Positions 50,276 through 59,834 of a DNA stretch of 64,000 nt are shown piece by piece; positions within the stretch are counted from its first letter, which is position 1; each line of letters begins with the position of its first letter. A model generated the notes under the pieces. It saw only the letters and a program-made list of their open reading frames with translations. It was not told the origin of the DNA and ran no database searches. A program made the position numbers and the translations under genes. The stretch is from Escherichia phage vB_EcoM-101112UKE3-1, in the sequence record MZ234013.1. One strand, written 5' to 3'.

Positions 50276-50884
50276 ATGAAAATGCAAAGTGATTTCAATT
50301 CAATGTTTGAAGAGTTCCAAAGACAGGTTGATGTTCCAGACCAATTACTAAATGCTCTTAAACGCATGGCAGAAGGACGTAATTACTATTGGGGGTCTTC
50401 ATATGAAACTGATGAAAGCCTTTCCGGAAGATTTTCTAGAGGTAAAAAGTCTTTAATACGTCCTGGAATACTCATTAACAGTATTGAATCAATTCATTCA
50501 TTGACGTGTGATTTTGATGTTGAATTTACTGATTTCATTTCTCCTGAATGGACGGTTTGTTATTTAAACGACGATTTTGATTATCTCGGTGTTTATAGTT
50601 TAAGTGACGCATGGTTTAAACGTAATTTACAAAAGTCAAATTTATTTTATATTGATACTACTGTAAAATTTCAGGGCAAGAAATATTTCTTTACTCTTAT
50701 AGTTGATTCTGAAACGAAGCATGAAAATAAACGTATTCTTAGTAAAAAGAATATCTTAACTATTGTTGATGATCTTTTTGATAAATTTGTAGAAAATCCC
50801 AATTTTGAAAGTGATTTATTACTAGAAAAATTTGTTAAGGAATGTAGAGAATATGTCAAAACCATCACTATACCTTCCAAGTAA
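50276..50884 (+). CDS. hypothetical protein ending in the F-V-x-E-C-R junction motif
   Basis: 202 aa; C-terminus EKFVKECREYVKTITIPSK overlaps the next gene's RBS. Confidence 0.5.
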   Translation: MKMQSDFNSMFEEFQRQVDVPDQLLNALKRMAEGRNYYWGSSYETDESLSGRFSRGKKSLIRPGILINSIESIHSLTCDFDVEFTDFISPEWTVCYLNDDFDYLGVYSLSDAWFKRNLQKSNLFYIDTTVKFQGKKYFFTLIVDSETKHENKRILSKKNILTIVDDLFDKFVENPNFESDLLLEKFVKECREYVKTITIPSK

Positions 50885-51245
50885 ACCTGTGAAGTATGAA
50901 CCAAAGCGTCAGATAATTTCTACTGATGTGTTAATAGGTCCTGTTATACTCATATCATTTGTAATTCTATTGATTATTGGAGGTGTTTTAGATGTTATGA
51001 CTGATATTGATTCTGGCGAAATACTTGTGTTAATGCTAATTCTTCCATTAATAGTTCCACTTTTATTAGTACCCGTAAATTGGGTAGGATACTGGTATCA
51101 AGGAAGACATTATCGTAAACGTGTACGTGATTGGAAAGCTCAGTGTAAAAAGATTAAAAAGGAACACCAGCTTAAGCTAGATATGTATGAATTTGATGAA
51201 ATTATGAAATTTGTTAAGGAATCACGATGCAAAAGCCAAAACTAA
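50853..51245 (+). CDS. small membrane protein (two predicted TM helices)
   Basis: 130 aa from the ATG at 50853 (track ORF starts at a TTG); ends MKFVKESRCKSQN. Confidence 0.5.
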   Translation: MSKPSLYLPSKPVKYEPKRQIISTDVLIGPVILISFVILLIIGGVLDVMTDIDSGEILVLMLILPLIVPLLLVPVNWVGYWYQGRHYRKRVRDWKAQCKKIKKEHQLKLDMYEFDEIMKFVKESRCKSQN

Positions 51246-51589
51246 ATAAAGTCAAATATTCGTTTCCTGAGGCACTATTAATTCTTGCTGTATCAGTATT
51301 TACAGCTCTTGCGGGTAGTCTTATTGGATTGTTAATTGACTGTTTTATTTTAAATATCGACGGCACAGTAATTATAACAGAGGTTTGGAGTGAACTTCGT
51401 TTTACTATAGCGATTTCATTATTTTCATTCTTTGGTACCATGTTATATTTTCATTATGATAATTTTAAAATAAATTGGCAAAGAAAAAAGGATTACAAAA
51501 TACAATTAAAAGAATATAATAGCTACATGTCTTATATTGAAAATGAGTCAATGAAAGAGTTTGTGAGTGATTGTAGGAAAATTAAATGA
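51227..51589 (+). CDS. small membrane protein (two predicted TM helices)
   Basis: 120 aa; ends KEFVSDCRKIK. Confidence 0.5.
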   Translation: MQKPKLNKVKYSFPEALLILAVSVFTALAGSLIGLLIDCFILNIDGTVIITEVWSELRFTIAISLFSFFGTMLYFHYDNFKINWQRKKDYKIQLKEYNSYMSYIENESMKEFVSDCRKIK

Positions 51590-52074
51590 TTTTAAAAACT
51601 CGCTGGTATGATTTAGATGATGGGGACGATGGCATTTCAGTTGATAGAGTTGACTGGAATGGTTGTTCCGAAGATATGAAAAATTTGTTGATTAGGGAGT
51701 TTAGAATGGGATATCAAGCAGCTAAGCCATTTACTGTAACAGATGATAAGTTCGTATGTATTCAAAACGGTCGCGCTAAGTTAACGAATGCTGATTGGTT
51801 CACAGATAAGAAGGTTCTTCTGTGGTATATCATTAGTCTTCCTATATCATCGTTCGTATTTTACTTTTTTATAAAAAATCCAATGGACAGAATAGGAGAT
51901 TGGGTTCTTTTAACTATACTTGTTAATATTTTTACAGCAGCAGTATTATCAGGAATATGGCGTATGTTCATTGAAATGCCATGGCGTTTACGCAGACAAC
52001 AAAAGATTTTTGATGAAAAGAAATATACTCAAAATTTAAATAACTTTATCACTGAATGCAGGAAATTAAAATGA
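51586..52074 (+). CDS. small membrane protein (two predicted TM helices)
   Basis: 162 aa; ends NNFITECRKLK. Confidence 0.5.
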   Translation: MILKTRWYDLDDGDDGISVDRVDWNGCSEDMKNLLIREFRMGYQAAKPFTVTDDKFVCIQNGRAKLTNADWFTDKKVLLWYIISLPISSFVFYFFIKNPMDRIGDWVLLTILVNIFTAAVLSGIWRMFIEMPWRLRRQQKIFDEKKYTQNLNNFITECRKLK

Positions 52075-52511
52075 AAACACTATCAGCTGGTATTATCTTT
52101 ATGACAGAAGATAAAGATTTATTTATGGGTCGGGTTACTGGTTCTCGTAAGCCTGGAATGATGGCACATCGCTGGGATATTCCAAAGGGCCGCGTAGAAA
52201 GTTCTGATTTGAATGCACTGGAAGCTGCAAAAAGAGAATGCTTAGAAGAGACCGGTTTTAGCAATTATAATCCAGACCTTCTAGAAGACCTAGGTGTATT
52301 TAAATATTCTAGTAATAAAGACTTACAGTTATTTTATTATACGATTCCAGTAGAGCATGAGATGTTTAGAAATTGCCATTGCGAGTCTTATTTTGAAAAT
52401 AAAGATGGCGTTATGATTCCAGAGATGGATGCTTTTGCTCTTATTCCTCGTACTCAGTGGCAATATGTGATGGGTCCTTCACTTTACCGAATAATGAACA
52501 GCCTCTTTTAA
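52056..52511 (+). CDS. nudE: Nudix hydrolase NudE (e.1)
   Basis: Nudix box GRVESSDLNALEAAKRECLEETG; 151 aa from the ATG at 52056; alternative start 52071 has the better SD (aggaaa). Confidence 0.75.
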   Translation: MQEIKMKTLSAGIIFMTEDKDLFMGRVTGSRKPGMMAHRWDIPKGRVESSDLNALEAAKRECLEETGFSNYNPDLLEDLGVFKYSSNKDLQLFYYTIPVEHEMFRNCHCESYFENKDGVMIPEMDAFALIPRTQWQYVMGPSLYRIMNSLF

Positions 52512-53042
<531 letters not shown>

Positions 53043-53046
53043 AGTT

Positions 53047-53077
53047 GTTTACTTTCTCCTAGAATTGTGATAGTATA
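53047..53077 (+). promoter_or_regulatory. T4 early-type promoter upstream of denV
   Basis: gtttac, spacer, tgtgatagtat. Confidence 0.5.
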
Positions 53078-53101
53078 TTCACAGTTACTTGGAGGGATAA
53101 A

Positions 53102-53518
53102 ATGACTCGTATTAATTTGACTTTAGTATCTGAACTTGCTGATCAACATTTAATCGCAGAATACCGTGAATTGCCGCGTGTTTTTGGTATAGTTCGTAAG
53201 CATGTGGCAAACGGTAAGCGCGTTAAAGATTTTAAAATATCTTCTAAATTTATTTTAGGTTCTGGTCATGTTACTTTCTTTTACGATAAGTTAGAATTTT
53301 TGCGAAAGCGTCAATCGGACATTATAACGGAATGCTTAAAACGCGGGTTCAGTATAAAAGATACTGAAGTTCCTGACATCAGCGATATTCCAGTAGAATG
53401 GAAAAATGATTATAATCCATGTAAATCAGCTATTAAGTTGAGTCAACAACGACTCGATGAAAAAATTTTAATGAAGCCACACTGGTATAAGTATTACGGC
53501 AAAAATATTTACATTTAA
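53102..53518 (+). CDS. denV: endonuclease V (pyrimidine dimer DNA glycosylase, DenV)
   Basis: 138 aa; [29 protein letters not shown] matches T4 endonuclease V. Confidence 0.9.
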   Translation: MTRINLTLVSELADQHLIAEYRELPRVFGIVRKHVANGKRVKDFKISSKFILGSGHVTFFYDKLEFLRKRQSDIITECLKRGFSIKDTEVPDISDIPVEWKNDYNPCKSAIKLSQQRLDEKILMKPHWYKYYGKNIYI

Positions 53519-53663
53519 ATAACATGGGAATAACCTGGACCTCATGATTCTGTGAGGGATTCCCGCCAACCTGTAATAAGGTCGAGCCCAAGTGCGGTAA
53601 TGGGTAAATACAGAAATGGACAATTCATGCGCCATGGAATGGCCCAAACCTAGAGAGAACAAA

Positions 53664-54206
53664 ATGAGAACATTTTTAACTGGTCCTTATCTATCCCTGA
53701 TGAATGCTTTTACACACCATTCTGATGCTAGAGTAGAAGAAATTTGTAAAAACGAATATATCCCGCCATTTGAAGACTTACTTAAACAGTATTGCACACT
53801 TCGACTAGACGGTGGACGTCAATCTGGTAAATCAATTGCTGTGACTAACTTTGCTGCTAATTGGTTGTATGATGGCGGAACAGTTATTGTTCTTTCTAAT
53901 ACTTCAGCTTACGCTAAAATTTCTGCAAATAACATTAAAAAGGAATTTTCGCGTTATTCTAATGATGATATACGTTTTCGTTTATTTACTGATTCTGTCC
54001 GTAGTTTTGTTGGTAATAGAGGTAGCAAGTTCAGAGGTTTATCGCTTTCACGAATTTTGTATATAATTGATGAGCCTGTTAAATCTCCTGATATGGATAA
54101 AATTTACGATATTCATATTGAAACTGTGCAACACTGCTGCTGTAATATTAAATGTTGCATTGGTGGTATTACTCGTCCACAGTTTTTCGTAATCGGAATG
54201 CAATGA
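53664..54206 (+). CDS. hypothetical P-loop NTPase-like protein with Cys-rich C-terminus
   Basis: Walker A-like GGRQSGKS, Walker B-like ILYIIDEP, C-terminal HCCCNIKCC; start at ATG 53664 (MRTFLTG). Confidence 0.45.
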   Translation: MRTFLTGPYLSLMNAFTHHSDARVEEICKNEYIPPFEDLLKQYCTLRLDGGRQSGKSIAVTNFAANWLYDGGTVIVLSNTSAYAKISANNIKKEFSRYSNDDIRFRLFTDSVRSFVGNRGSKFRGLSLSRILYIIDEPVKSPDMDKIYDIHIETVQHCCCNIKCCIGGITRPQFFVIGMQ

Positions 54207-54532
54207 TGACAGACACTCAGCTTTTCGAATATCTTTATTTTTCGCCAAAAACTATTAAAAATAAATTGGTGAATCATTTTGAAATTTTGGCAAAAAATAA
54301 CATTTTGAGCGAATTTTATCCCAAGCAATACAAATTACAAAAAGGCGTATTCAAAGGATGCAGAGTTTTGTGCACGGCTCCTAATGCACGGCTAATGAAT
54401 AAAATTCCATATTTTACCATGGAATTTATTGATGGGCCTTTTAAAGGACTAATCACACAGAGTTTAATGGCATATGATTCTGAGCCATTTTTAATTAAAG
54501 AACAATCTTGGATAAATTTATTTTCTAATTGA
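54203..54532 (+). CDS. hypothetical protein
   Basis: ATGATG start overlapping the upstream stop; about 110 aa. Confidence 0.45.
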   Translation: MMTDTQLFEYLYFSPKTIKNKLVNHFEILAKNNILSEFYPKQYKLQKGVFKGCRVLCTAPNARLMNKIPYFTMEFIDGPFKGLITQSLMAYDSEPFLIKEQSWINLFSN

Positions 54533-54538
54533 GGTTAT

Positions 54539-54901
54539 ATGAAAGCATATCAAATTCTTGAAGGCACACATAAAGGTACTATTTATTTTGAAGATGGTAT
54601 TCAAGCACGAATTATTGTCTCTAAAACCTTTAAAGAGGACTCTTTTGTAGACCCAGAAATTTTCTATGGTTTGCATGCCCGTGAAATTGAAATTGAGCAA
54701 CAGCCTACAGTTAAAATTGAAGGTGGTCAACACCTGAACGTTAACGTTCTGCGTCGTGAAACTCTGGAAGATGCAGTTAAGCATCCGGAAAAATATCCGC
54801 AGCTGACCATCCGTGTATCCGGTTATGCAGTTCGCTTTAACTCTCTGACTCCGGAACAGCAGCGCGACGTTATCGCTCGTACCTTCACCGAGAGTTTGTA
54901 A
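54539..54901 (+). CDS. autonomous glycyl radical cofactor (GrcA/YfiD-like)
   Basis: C-terminal 60 aa carry the glycyl-radical signature [25 protein letters not shown]; T4 is reported to encode such a YfiD homolog. Confidence 0.8.
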   Translation: MKAYQILEGTHKGTIYFEDGIQARIIVSKTFKEDSFVDPEIFYGLHAREIEIEQQPTVKIEGGQHLNVNVLRRETLEDAVKHPEKYPQLTIRVSGYAVRFNSLTPEQQRDVIARTFTESL

Positions 54902-55122
54902 TGGCAAAGATAATTATTGAAGGTTCTGAAGATGTGCTAAATGCTTTCGCCGAGTGGTTTAGTAATTCAGGCGAACAGCAATTTAATGAAGCGTGGAATA
55001 TGGGTGATATTAGTGGAATTTATCCTACGACAGAAATTTCTGTTCAGGGATATGGCATTCATGAACCTATTCGTTTAGTTGAATACGATTTATGTACTGG
55101 TGAGGAAGTCAAATATGATTGA
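54901..55122 (+). CDS. hypothetical protein
   Basis: 73 aa, TAATG overlap with upstream stop. Confidence 0.4.
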   Translation: MAKIIIEGSEDVLNAFAEWFSNSGEQQFNEAWNMGDISGIYPTTEISVQGYGIHEPIRLVEYDLCTGEEVKYD

Positions 55123-55381
55123 AGATATTAAAGGTTATAAGCCACATACCGACGAAAAAATCGGTAAAGTAAATGCTATTAAAGACGCTGAAGTTCGTTT
55201 AGGACTTATCTTTGATGCTTTATATGATGAATTCTGGGAAGCACTAGATAATTGCGAAGACTTTGAACTCGCGAAGAATTATGCTGAAAGCCTCGATCAG
55301 TTAGCTATTGCTAAAACGAAACTCAAAGAAGCTAGTATGTGGGCTTGTCGTGCTGTGTTCCAACCAGAGGAAAAATATTAA
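55115..55381 (+). CDS. hypothetical protein
   Basis: In-frame ATG at 55115 overlapping the upstream stop; about 88 aa. Confidence 0.4.
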   Translation: MIEDIKGYKPHTDEKIGKVNAIKDAEVRLGLIFDALYDEFWEALDNCEDFELAKNYAESLDQLAIAKTKLKEASMWACRAVFQPEEKY

Positions 55382-55659
55382 TGGCTCAATTAAGCGCAGG
55401 GTTTGGTTATGAGTATTATACTGCCCCTCGTCGTGTGTCTGCTGCTCCTAAGAAAATTCAAAGTCTTGATGACTTCCAGGAAGTAGTCCGTAACGCTTTC
55501 CAGGACTATGCACGGTATCTTAAAGAAGATTCACAGGACTGTCTCGAAGAAGATGAAATTGCTTACTATGAGCAGCGTCTTGAACAGCTCAAAAATCTAC
55601 ATGAGGTTCGTGCAGAAGTTTCAAAGTCTATGAATAAATTGATTAGATTTAAAGAATAA
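55381..55659 (+). CDS. hypothetical protein
   Basis: ATG at 55381 abutting the upstream stop; about 92 aa. Confidence 0.45.
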   Translation: MAQLSAGFGYEYYTAPRRVSAAPKKIQSLDDFQEVVRNAFQDYARYLKEDSQDCLEEDEIAYYEQRLEQLKNLHEVRAEVSKSMNKLIRFKE

Positions 55660-55662
55660 CTG

Positions 55663-55691
55663 TTTACTTTTCCTCTTGACTGTGGTATAAT
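55663..55691 (+). promoter_or_regulatory. T4 early-type promoter upstream of regB
   Basis: gtttac, 17 nt, TGgTATAAT (perfect extended -10). Confidence 0.6.
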
Positions 55692-55718
55692 TTTTCTATC
55701 AGTTAAGAGGAGAATAAC

Positions 55719-56180
55719 ATGACTATCAATACAGAAGTTTTTATCCGTAGAAATAAGCTTCGTCGTCATTTTGAGTCGGAGTTTCGTCAAATTAACAATG
55801 AGATTCGTGAGGCATCAAAAGCAGCAGGGGTCTCATCGTTTCATCTAAAATATTCTCAGCATCTTCTTGATCGTGCAATTCAACGGGAGATTGATGAGAC
55901 ATATGTTTTTGAATTATTCCACAAAATAAAAGACCATGTTTTAGAAGTTAATGAATTCCTGAGTATGCCTCCGCGTCCTGACATTGACGAGGATTTTATT
56001 GATGGGGTTGAATATCGTCCTGGACGTTTAGAAATCACAGATGGAAATCTTTGGCTTGGATTTACAGTTTGTAAACCTAACGCGAAGTTCAAAGACCCGT
56101 CACTTCAATGTAGGATGGCAATTATCAACAGTCGTCGTTTACCAGGAAAGGCTTCTAAAGCAGTAATTAAAACTCAATGA
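55719..56180 (+). CDS. regB: RegB site-specific endoribonuclease
   Basis: 153 aa, same as T4 RegB; SD gaggag. Confidence 0.85.
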   Translation: MTINTEVFIRRNKLRRHFESEFRQINNEIREASKAAGVSSFHLKYSQHLLDRAIQREIDETYVFELFHKIKDHVLEVNEFLSMPPRPDIDEDFIDGVEYRPGRLEITDGNLWLGFTVCKPNAKFKDPSLQCRMAIINSRRLPGKASKAVIKTQ

Positions 56181-56187
56181 GGTAAGC

Positions 56188-56733
56188 ATGAGAAAAGCAC
56201 TACTCGCTGGTCTATTGGCCATTTCAATGATGGCACATAGCTCCGAGCATACTTTCAGTAATGTCCAACTCGATAACATGCGTTACGCGTATCAATTCGG
56301 GGAACAATTTTCTAAGGATGGAAAATATAAAACACACAAAAATATCCACAAGAGCGGATTAGGTCATATAATGGCTGCTATTTTATGGCAAGAAAGCTCT
56401 GGCGGAGTTAATTTAAAATCTAAACCAAAGCATCACGCTTATGGAATGTTCCAAAATTATTTGCCTACTATGCGAGCAAGAGTTAAGGAACTTGGTTATA
56501 ATATGACCGATGCTGAAATAAAAAGAATGTTGAATAAACGATCCAATTCAGCTTCCTGGGCGTACATTGAACTTTCTTATTGGTTAAATATACATAAGGG
56601 CGATATAAGAAAAGCAATATCCTCTTATAATTCGGGATGGAATGTTAAAGCTGGTTCTAAATATGCTTCTGAAGTCCTAGAAAAGGCTAATTACCTTAAA
56701 AATAATAAACTTTTGGAAATAGTAAATGACTAA
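56188..56733 (+). CDS. secreted lytic transglycosylase-like protein (SLT domain)
   Basis: Signal peptide MRKALLAGLLAISMMAHS; SLT-like motifs WQESSGG, YGMFQ, SYNSGWN. Confidence 0.6.
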   Translation: MRKALLAGLLAISMMAHSSEHTFSNVQLDNMRYAYQFGEQFSKDGKYKTHKNIHKSGLGHIMAAILWQESSGGVNLKSKPKHHAYGMFQNYLPTMRARVKELGYNMTDAEIKRMLNKRSNSASWAYIELSYWLNIHKGDIRKAISSYNSGWNVKAGSKYASEVLEKANYLKNNKLLEIVND

Positions 56734-57067
56734 AATTTTGGTTTTATGTATAGGATTAATTTCATTTTCTGCGTTAGCAGATACATCATATACTGAAATT
56801 AGAGAGTATGTAAACCGTACTGCCGCGGATTATTGTGGGAAAAATAAAGCATGCCAAGCTGAATTTGCGCAGAAATTAATATATGCATATAAAGACGGAG
56901 AAAGAGATAAATCAAGCAGATACAAAAACGATACATTATTAAAACGATATGCTAAAAAGTGGAATACCTTAGAATGTTCAGTTGCGGAGGAGAAAGATAA
57001 AGCCGCTTGTCATTCAATGGTTGACCGTTTGGTAGATTCTTATAATCGAGGATTGAGTACTAGATGA
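56726..57067 (+). CDS. secreted hypothetical protein (signal peptide, four Cys)
   Basis: MTKILVLCIGLISFSALA leader; 113 aa; overlaps upstream stop. Confidence 0.5.
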   Translation: MTKILVLCIGLISFSALADTSYTEIREYVNRTAADYCGKNKACQAEFAQKLIYAYKDGERDKSSRYKNDTLLKRYAKKWNTLECSVAEEKDKAACHSMVDRLVDSYNRGLSTR

Positions 57068-57531
57068 TTGTAAAATATATCAAGGGCGATATTGTCGCCC
57101 TTTTCGCTGAAGGTAAAAATATTGCGCATGGATGCAATTGTTTTCATACTATGGGTTCAGGCGTAGCGGGTCAATTAACCAAAGCTTTCCCTAAAATTTT
57201 GGAAGCTGATAAATTACAGACTGAATGGGGTGATGTAACTAAACTCGGTTCTTACTCAGTCTATGAAAAATACTTTAGGACTCATAAAGCGTATTGCTTC
57301 AACCTTTATACTCAATTTCAACCAGGGCCAAATTTTGAGTATTCCGCTTTAATGAATTGTATGCTAGAATTAAATGAGTTTGGTGAAAATAAACTGATTA
57401 AACCTACAATCTATATGCCTAGGATTGGTGCAGGCATAGGTAAAGGGAACTGGGATATTATTGAGGGGATTTTAGATACATATTCCTCTAAATTAGAAAT
57501 TGTGATTGTTGATTGGGAACCGTTATTATGA
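57064..57531 (+). CDS. TARG1/OARD1-like macrodomain protein (putative ADP-ribosyl hydrolase)
   Basis: YIKGDI...NIAHGCNCFHTMGSGVAGQL...MPRIGAGIGKG aligns by eye with human TARG1 (VKGDLF...SLAHCISEDCRMGAGIA...MPRIGCGLDRL). Confidence 0.6.
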   Translation: MIVKYIKGDIVALFAEGKNIAHGCNCFHTMGSGVAGQLTKAFPKILEADKLQTEWGDVTKLGSYSVYEKYFRTHKAYCFNLYTQFQPGPNFEYSALMNCMLELNEFGENKLIKPTIYMPRIGAGIGKGNWDIIEGILDTYSSKLEIVIVDWEPLL

Positions 57532-57740
57532 ATATACATTATCCACATCCATATGACCCAAAGAATAAGGCAGTAATTATTCGTCAATGGGAACGCATTT
57601 GCCGTACTAAATGTCCAATTAATAGTCCGCATGATGTAGATAAAGACTACATTGGAACATTCGTTGAATATACCTTTATTGATAAGAAAGGTCGTAAACA
57701 GCATGTAGAAGAATACTGCTTAAAGGTTACATGGTTATGA
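57528..57740 (+). CDS. hypothetical protein
   Basis: 70 aa from the ATG at 57528 overlapping the upstream stop. Confidence 0.4.
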   Translation: MNIHYPHPYDPKNKAVIIRQWERICRTKCPINSPHDVDKDYIGTFVEYTFIDKKGRKQHVEEYCLKVTWL

Positions 57741-57943
57741 GCCAAACTAGTATTCTTAAAAATGCCCATTGTGAAAAGTGTAAATGGCCAGTTGTTTTTG
57801 CTTTATGCAACGATGAAATGGCTTGTGATTTCGATTATTGGTGCTATTGTTCTAATAAAGGATGCATCAATCATAAAGGTGAAGGATTTTATTCGGGATT
57901 TTATCCTTATCCAGATTTCGTTAAAGAAGGTAAACCGAAATGA
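57731..57943 (+). CDS. Cys-rich small protein (possible Zn-binding)
   Basis: 70 aa with CEKC...C...C...CYC...GC pattern; SD aaggt. Confidence 0.4.
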   Translation: MVMSQTSILKNAHCEKCKWPVVFALCNDEMACDFDYWCYCSNKGCINHKGEGFYSGFYPYPDFVKEGKPK

Positions 57944-58113
57944 ATAGTTTTGAGTTACAGTATGAAGTGTTACGTGAGCTTGATAATTTAATTGAACTCG
58001 CTGTCAATAAAGGTTTTGCCATTGGAATCGGTCAAAAAGATACTGGTCATTTAACTATGGAAATATTTAAGCAAAAGCGAATTATTTTAAAACTCCTGGA
58101 AATTAATATATGA
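57940..58113 (+). CDS. small hypothetical protein (57 aa)
   Basis: Hand-translated MNSFELQYEVLRELDNLIELAVNKGF...; ATGA overlaps at both ends; below track cutoff. Confidence 0.35.
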   Translation: MNSFELQYEVLRELDNLIELAVNKGFAIGIGQKDTGHLTMEIFKQKRIILKLLEINI

Positions 58114-58295
58114 GTCTGAGTAAAGAACAAAAAGATAAATTGTTTGAGCTTATCCATGAACTTCTAGATGAGCATACAGAAGCAAACACCTTTTATGATG
58201 AATACGGCCCGCTATCTCCCGAACAGCAAGAAGAATTTGCTGATCGGTTTGATAAGAAAGAAAACGAATTAATAGCTTATGTGAATATGCTTTAA
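58110..58295 (+). CDS. small acidic hypothetical protein
   Basis: 61 aa; coupled to neighbours. Confidence 0.45.
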   Translation: MSLSKEQKDKLFELIHELLDEHTEANTFYDEYGPLSPEQQEEFADRFDKKENELIAYVNML

Positions 58296-58304
58296 GAAGG
58301 TGAT

Positions 58305-58886
58305 ATGGCGAGTTTAATTTTTACTTACGCAGCAATGAATGCTGGAAAATCTGCTTCTCTTTTGACTGCTGCACATAATTATAAAGAACGCGGAATGGGT
58401 GTATTAGTTCTTAAGCCTGCTATTGATACTCGCGATTCTGTCTGTGAAGTCGTTTCTCGCATTGGAATTAAGCAGGAAGCGAATATTATTACGGATGATA
58501 TGGATATTTTTGAGTTCTATAAATGGGCTGAAGCACAAAAAGATATTCATTGTGTATTTGTAGATGAAGCTCAGTTTTTAAAAACTGAACAGGTGCATCA
58601 ATTAAGTCGAATTGTTGATACATATAATGTTCCTGTTATGGCTTATGGGCTAAGGACTGATTTCGCTGGAAAATTATTTGAAGGTTCTAAAGAACTTTTG
58701 GCGATTGCAGATAAACTTATTGAACTAAAGGCAGTTTGTCATTGTGGTAAAAAAGCTATTATGACAGCTCGATTAATGGAAGATGGAACACCAGTTAAAG
58801 AAGGTAATCAAATCTGTATTGGTGATGAAATTTATGTTTCTTTGTGTAGAAAACATTGGAATGAATTAACTAAAAAGCTCGGTTAG
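58305..58886 (+). CDS. tk: thymidine kinase
   Basis: 193 aa; P-loop AAMNAGKS; C-terminal Zn-ribbon Cys pairs; matches T4 Tk. Confidence 0.9.
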   Translation: MASLIFTYAAMNAGKSASLLTAAHNYKERGMGVLVLKPAIDTRDSVCEVVSRIGIKQEANIITDDMDIFEFYKWAEAQKDIHCVFVDEAQFLKTEQVHQLSRIVDTYNVPVMAYGLRTDFAGKLFEGSKELLAIADKLIELKAVCHCGKKAIMTARLMEDGTPVKEGNQICIGDEIYVSLCRKHWNELTKKLG

Positions 58887-58928
58887 TGCAAAAGTTATAA
58901 ATAGGTTTATCTAACTAAAGGGGTATAT

Positions 58929-59141
58929 ATGCTACAATTAACTGAAAAGCAACTTCGCAATCTTACTGTTCTTCAATTAGATGAAATTCGTAGGGAAGTT
59001 GGAAATATCATTTCAGCTTTGCGTCGAGAAGTATCACTCAACCAATCTCCGGCAGACTATACTAGATTGCGAAATTTTGAAAAATACCTTGATAAAGTTA
59101 AGGCCGTGCATCGGCATAAAGTAAATACAGGACAAAAATGA
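58929..59141 (+). CDS. rI.-1-like small protein
   Basis: 70 aa; immediately upstream of rI. Confidence 0.5.
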
Positions 59142-59153
59142 TAGGAGGCCTTT

Positions 59154-59447
59154 ATGGCCTTAAAAGCAACGGCACTATTTGCCATGCTAGGATTAGCGTT
59201 TGCTTTATCTCCACCAATTGAAGCGAATGTCGATCCTCATTTTGATAAATTTATGGAATCTGGTATTAGACACGTTTATATGCTTTTTGAAAATAAAAGC
59301 GTAGAATCATCTGAACAGTTCTATAGTTTTATGCGAACGACTTATAAAAATGACCCATGCTCTTCCGATTTTGAATGTATAGAGCGAGGCGCGGAGATGG
59401 CACAATCATACGCTAGAATTATGAACATTAAATTGGAGACTGAATGA
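59154..59447 (+). CDS. rI: RI lysis-inhibition regulator (antiholin)
   Basis: 97 aa with signal-anchor MALKATALFAMLGLAFALSPPIEA; near-identical to recalled T4 RI. Confidence 0.85.
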   Translation: MALKATALFAMLGLAFALSPPIEANVDPHFDKFMESGIRHVYMLFENKSVESSEQFYSFMRTTYKNDPCSSDFECIERGAEMAQSYARIMNIKLETE

Positions 59448-59830
59448 AATTCAGCGACTTTTCACAAAGTGGAAAACCTTCAAAGGCAGATGAGTACTTA
59501 GGTTTATTAATGGCTGCACAAGCTTATTTTCATTCTGCACATTTTGAAACTAAAAGTTATGCTAGACACAAAGCATACGATTTTATTTTCTCCGAGTTGC
59601 CAGATTTGATTGATAAATTTGGTGAGCAATATTTGGGGTATTCTGGTAGAAAATACACGCCTTCAATTCCAGATGCCAGTAAACTTCCTACCGACACAAT
59701 TAAAATGATTGATCGCATACTAGACCAATCTAACAGCATTTATAAAGAAATGCCTCCAGCCATTCAAAGCACGATAGATGATATTACTGGAATGTTTTAC
59801 CAGAGTAAGTATCTTCTTTCCCTCGAATAA
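59444..59830 (+). CDS. rI.1-like protein
   Basis: 128 aa, coupled to rI stop. Confidence 0.55.
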   Translation: MKFSDFSQSGKPSKADEYLGLLMAAQAYFHSAHFETKSYARHKAYDFIFSELPDLIDKFGEQYLGYSGRKYTPSIPDASKLPTDTIKMIDRILDQSNSIYKEMPPAIQSTIDDITGMFYQSKYLLSLE

Positions 59831-59834
59831 CATT

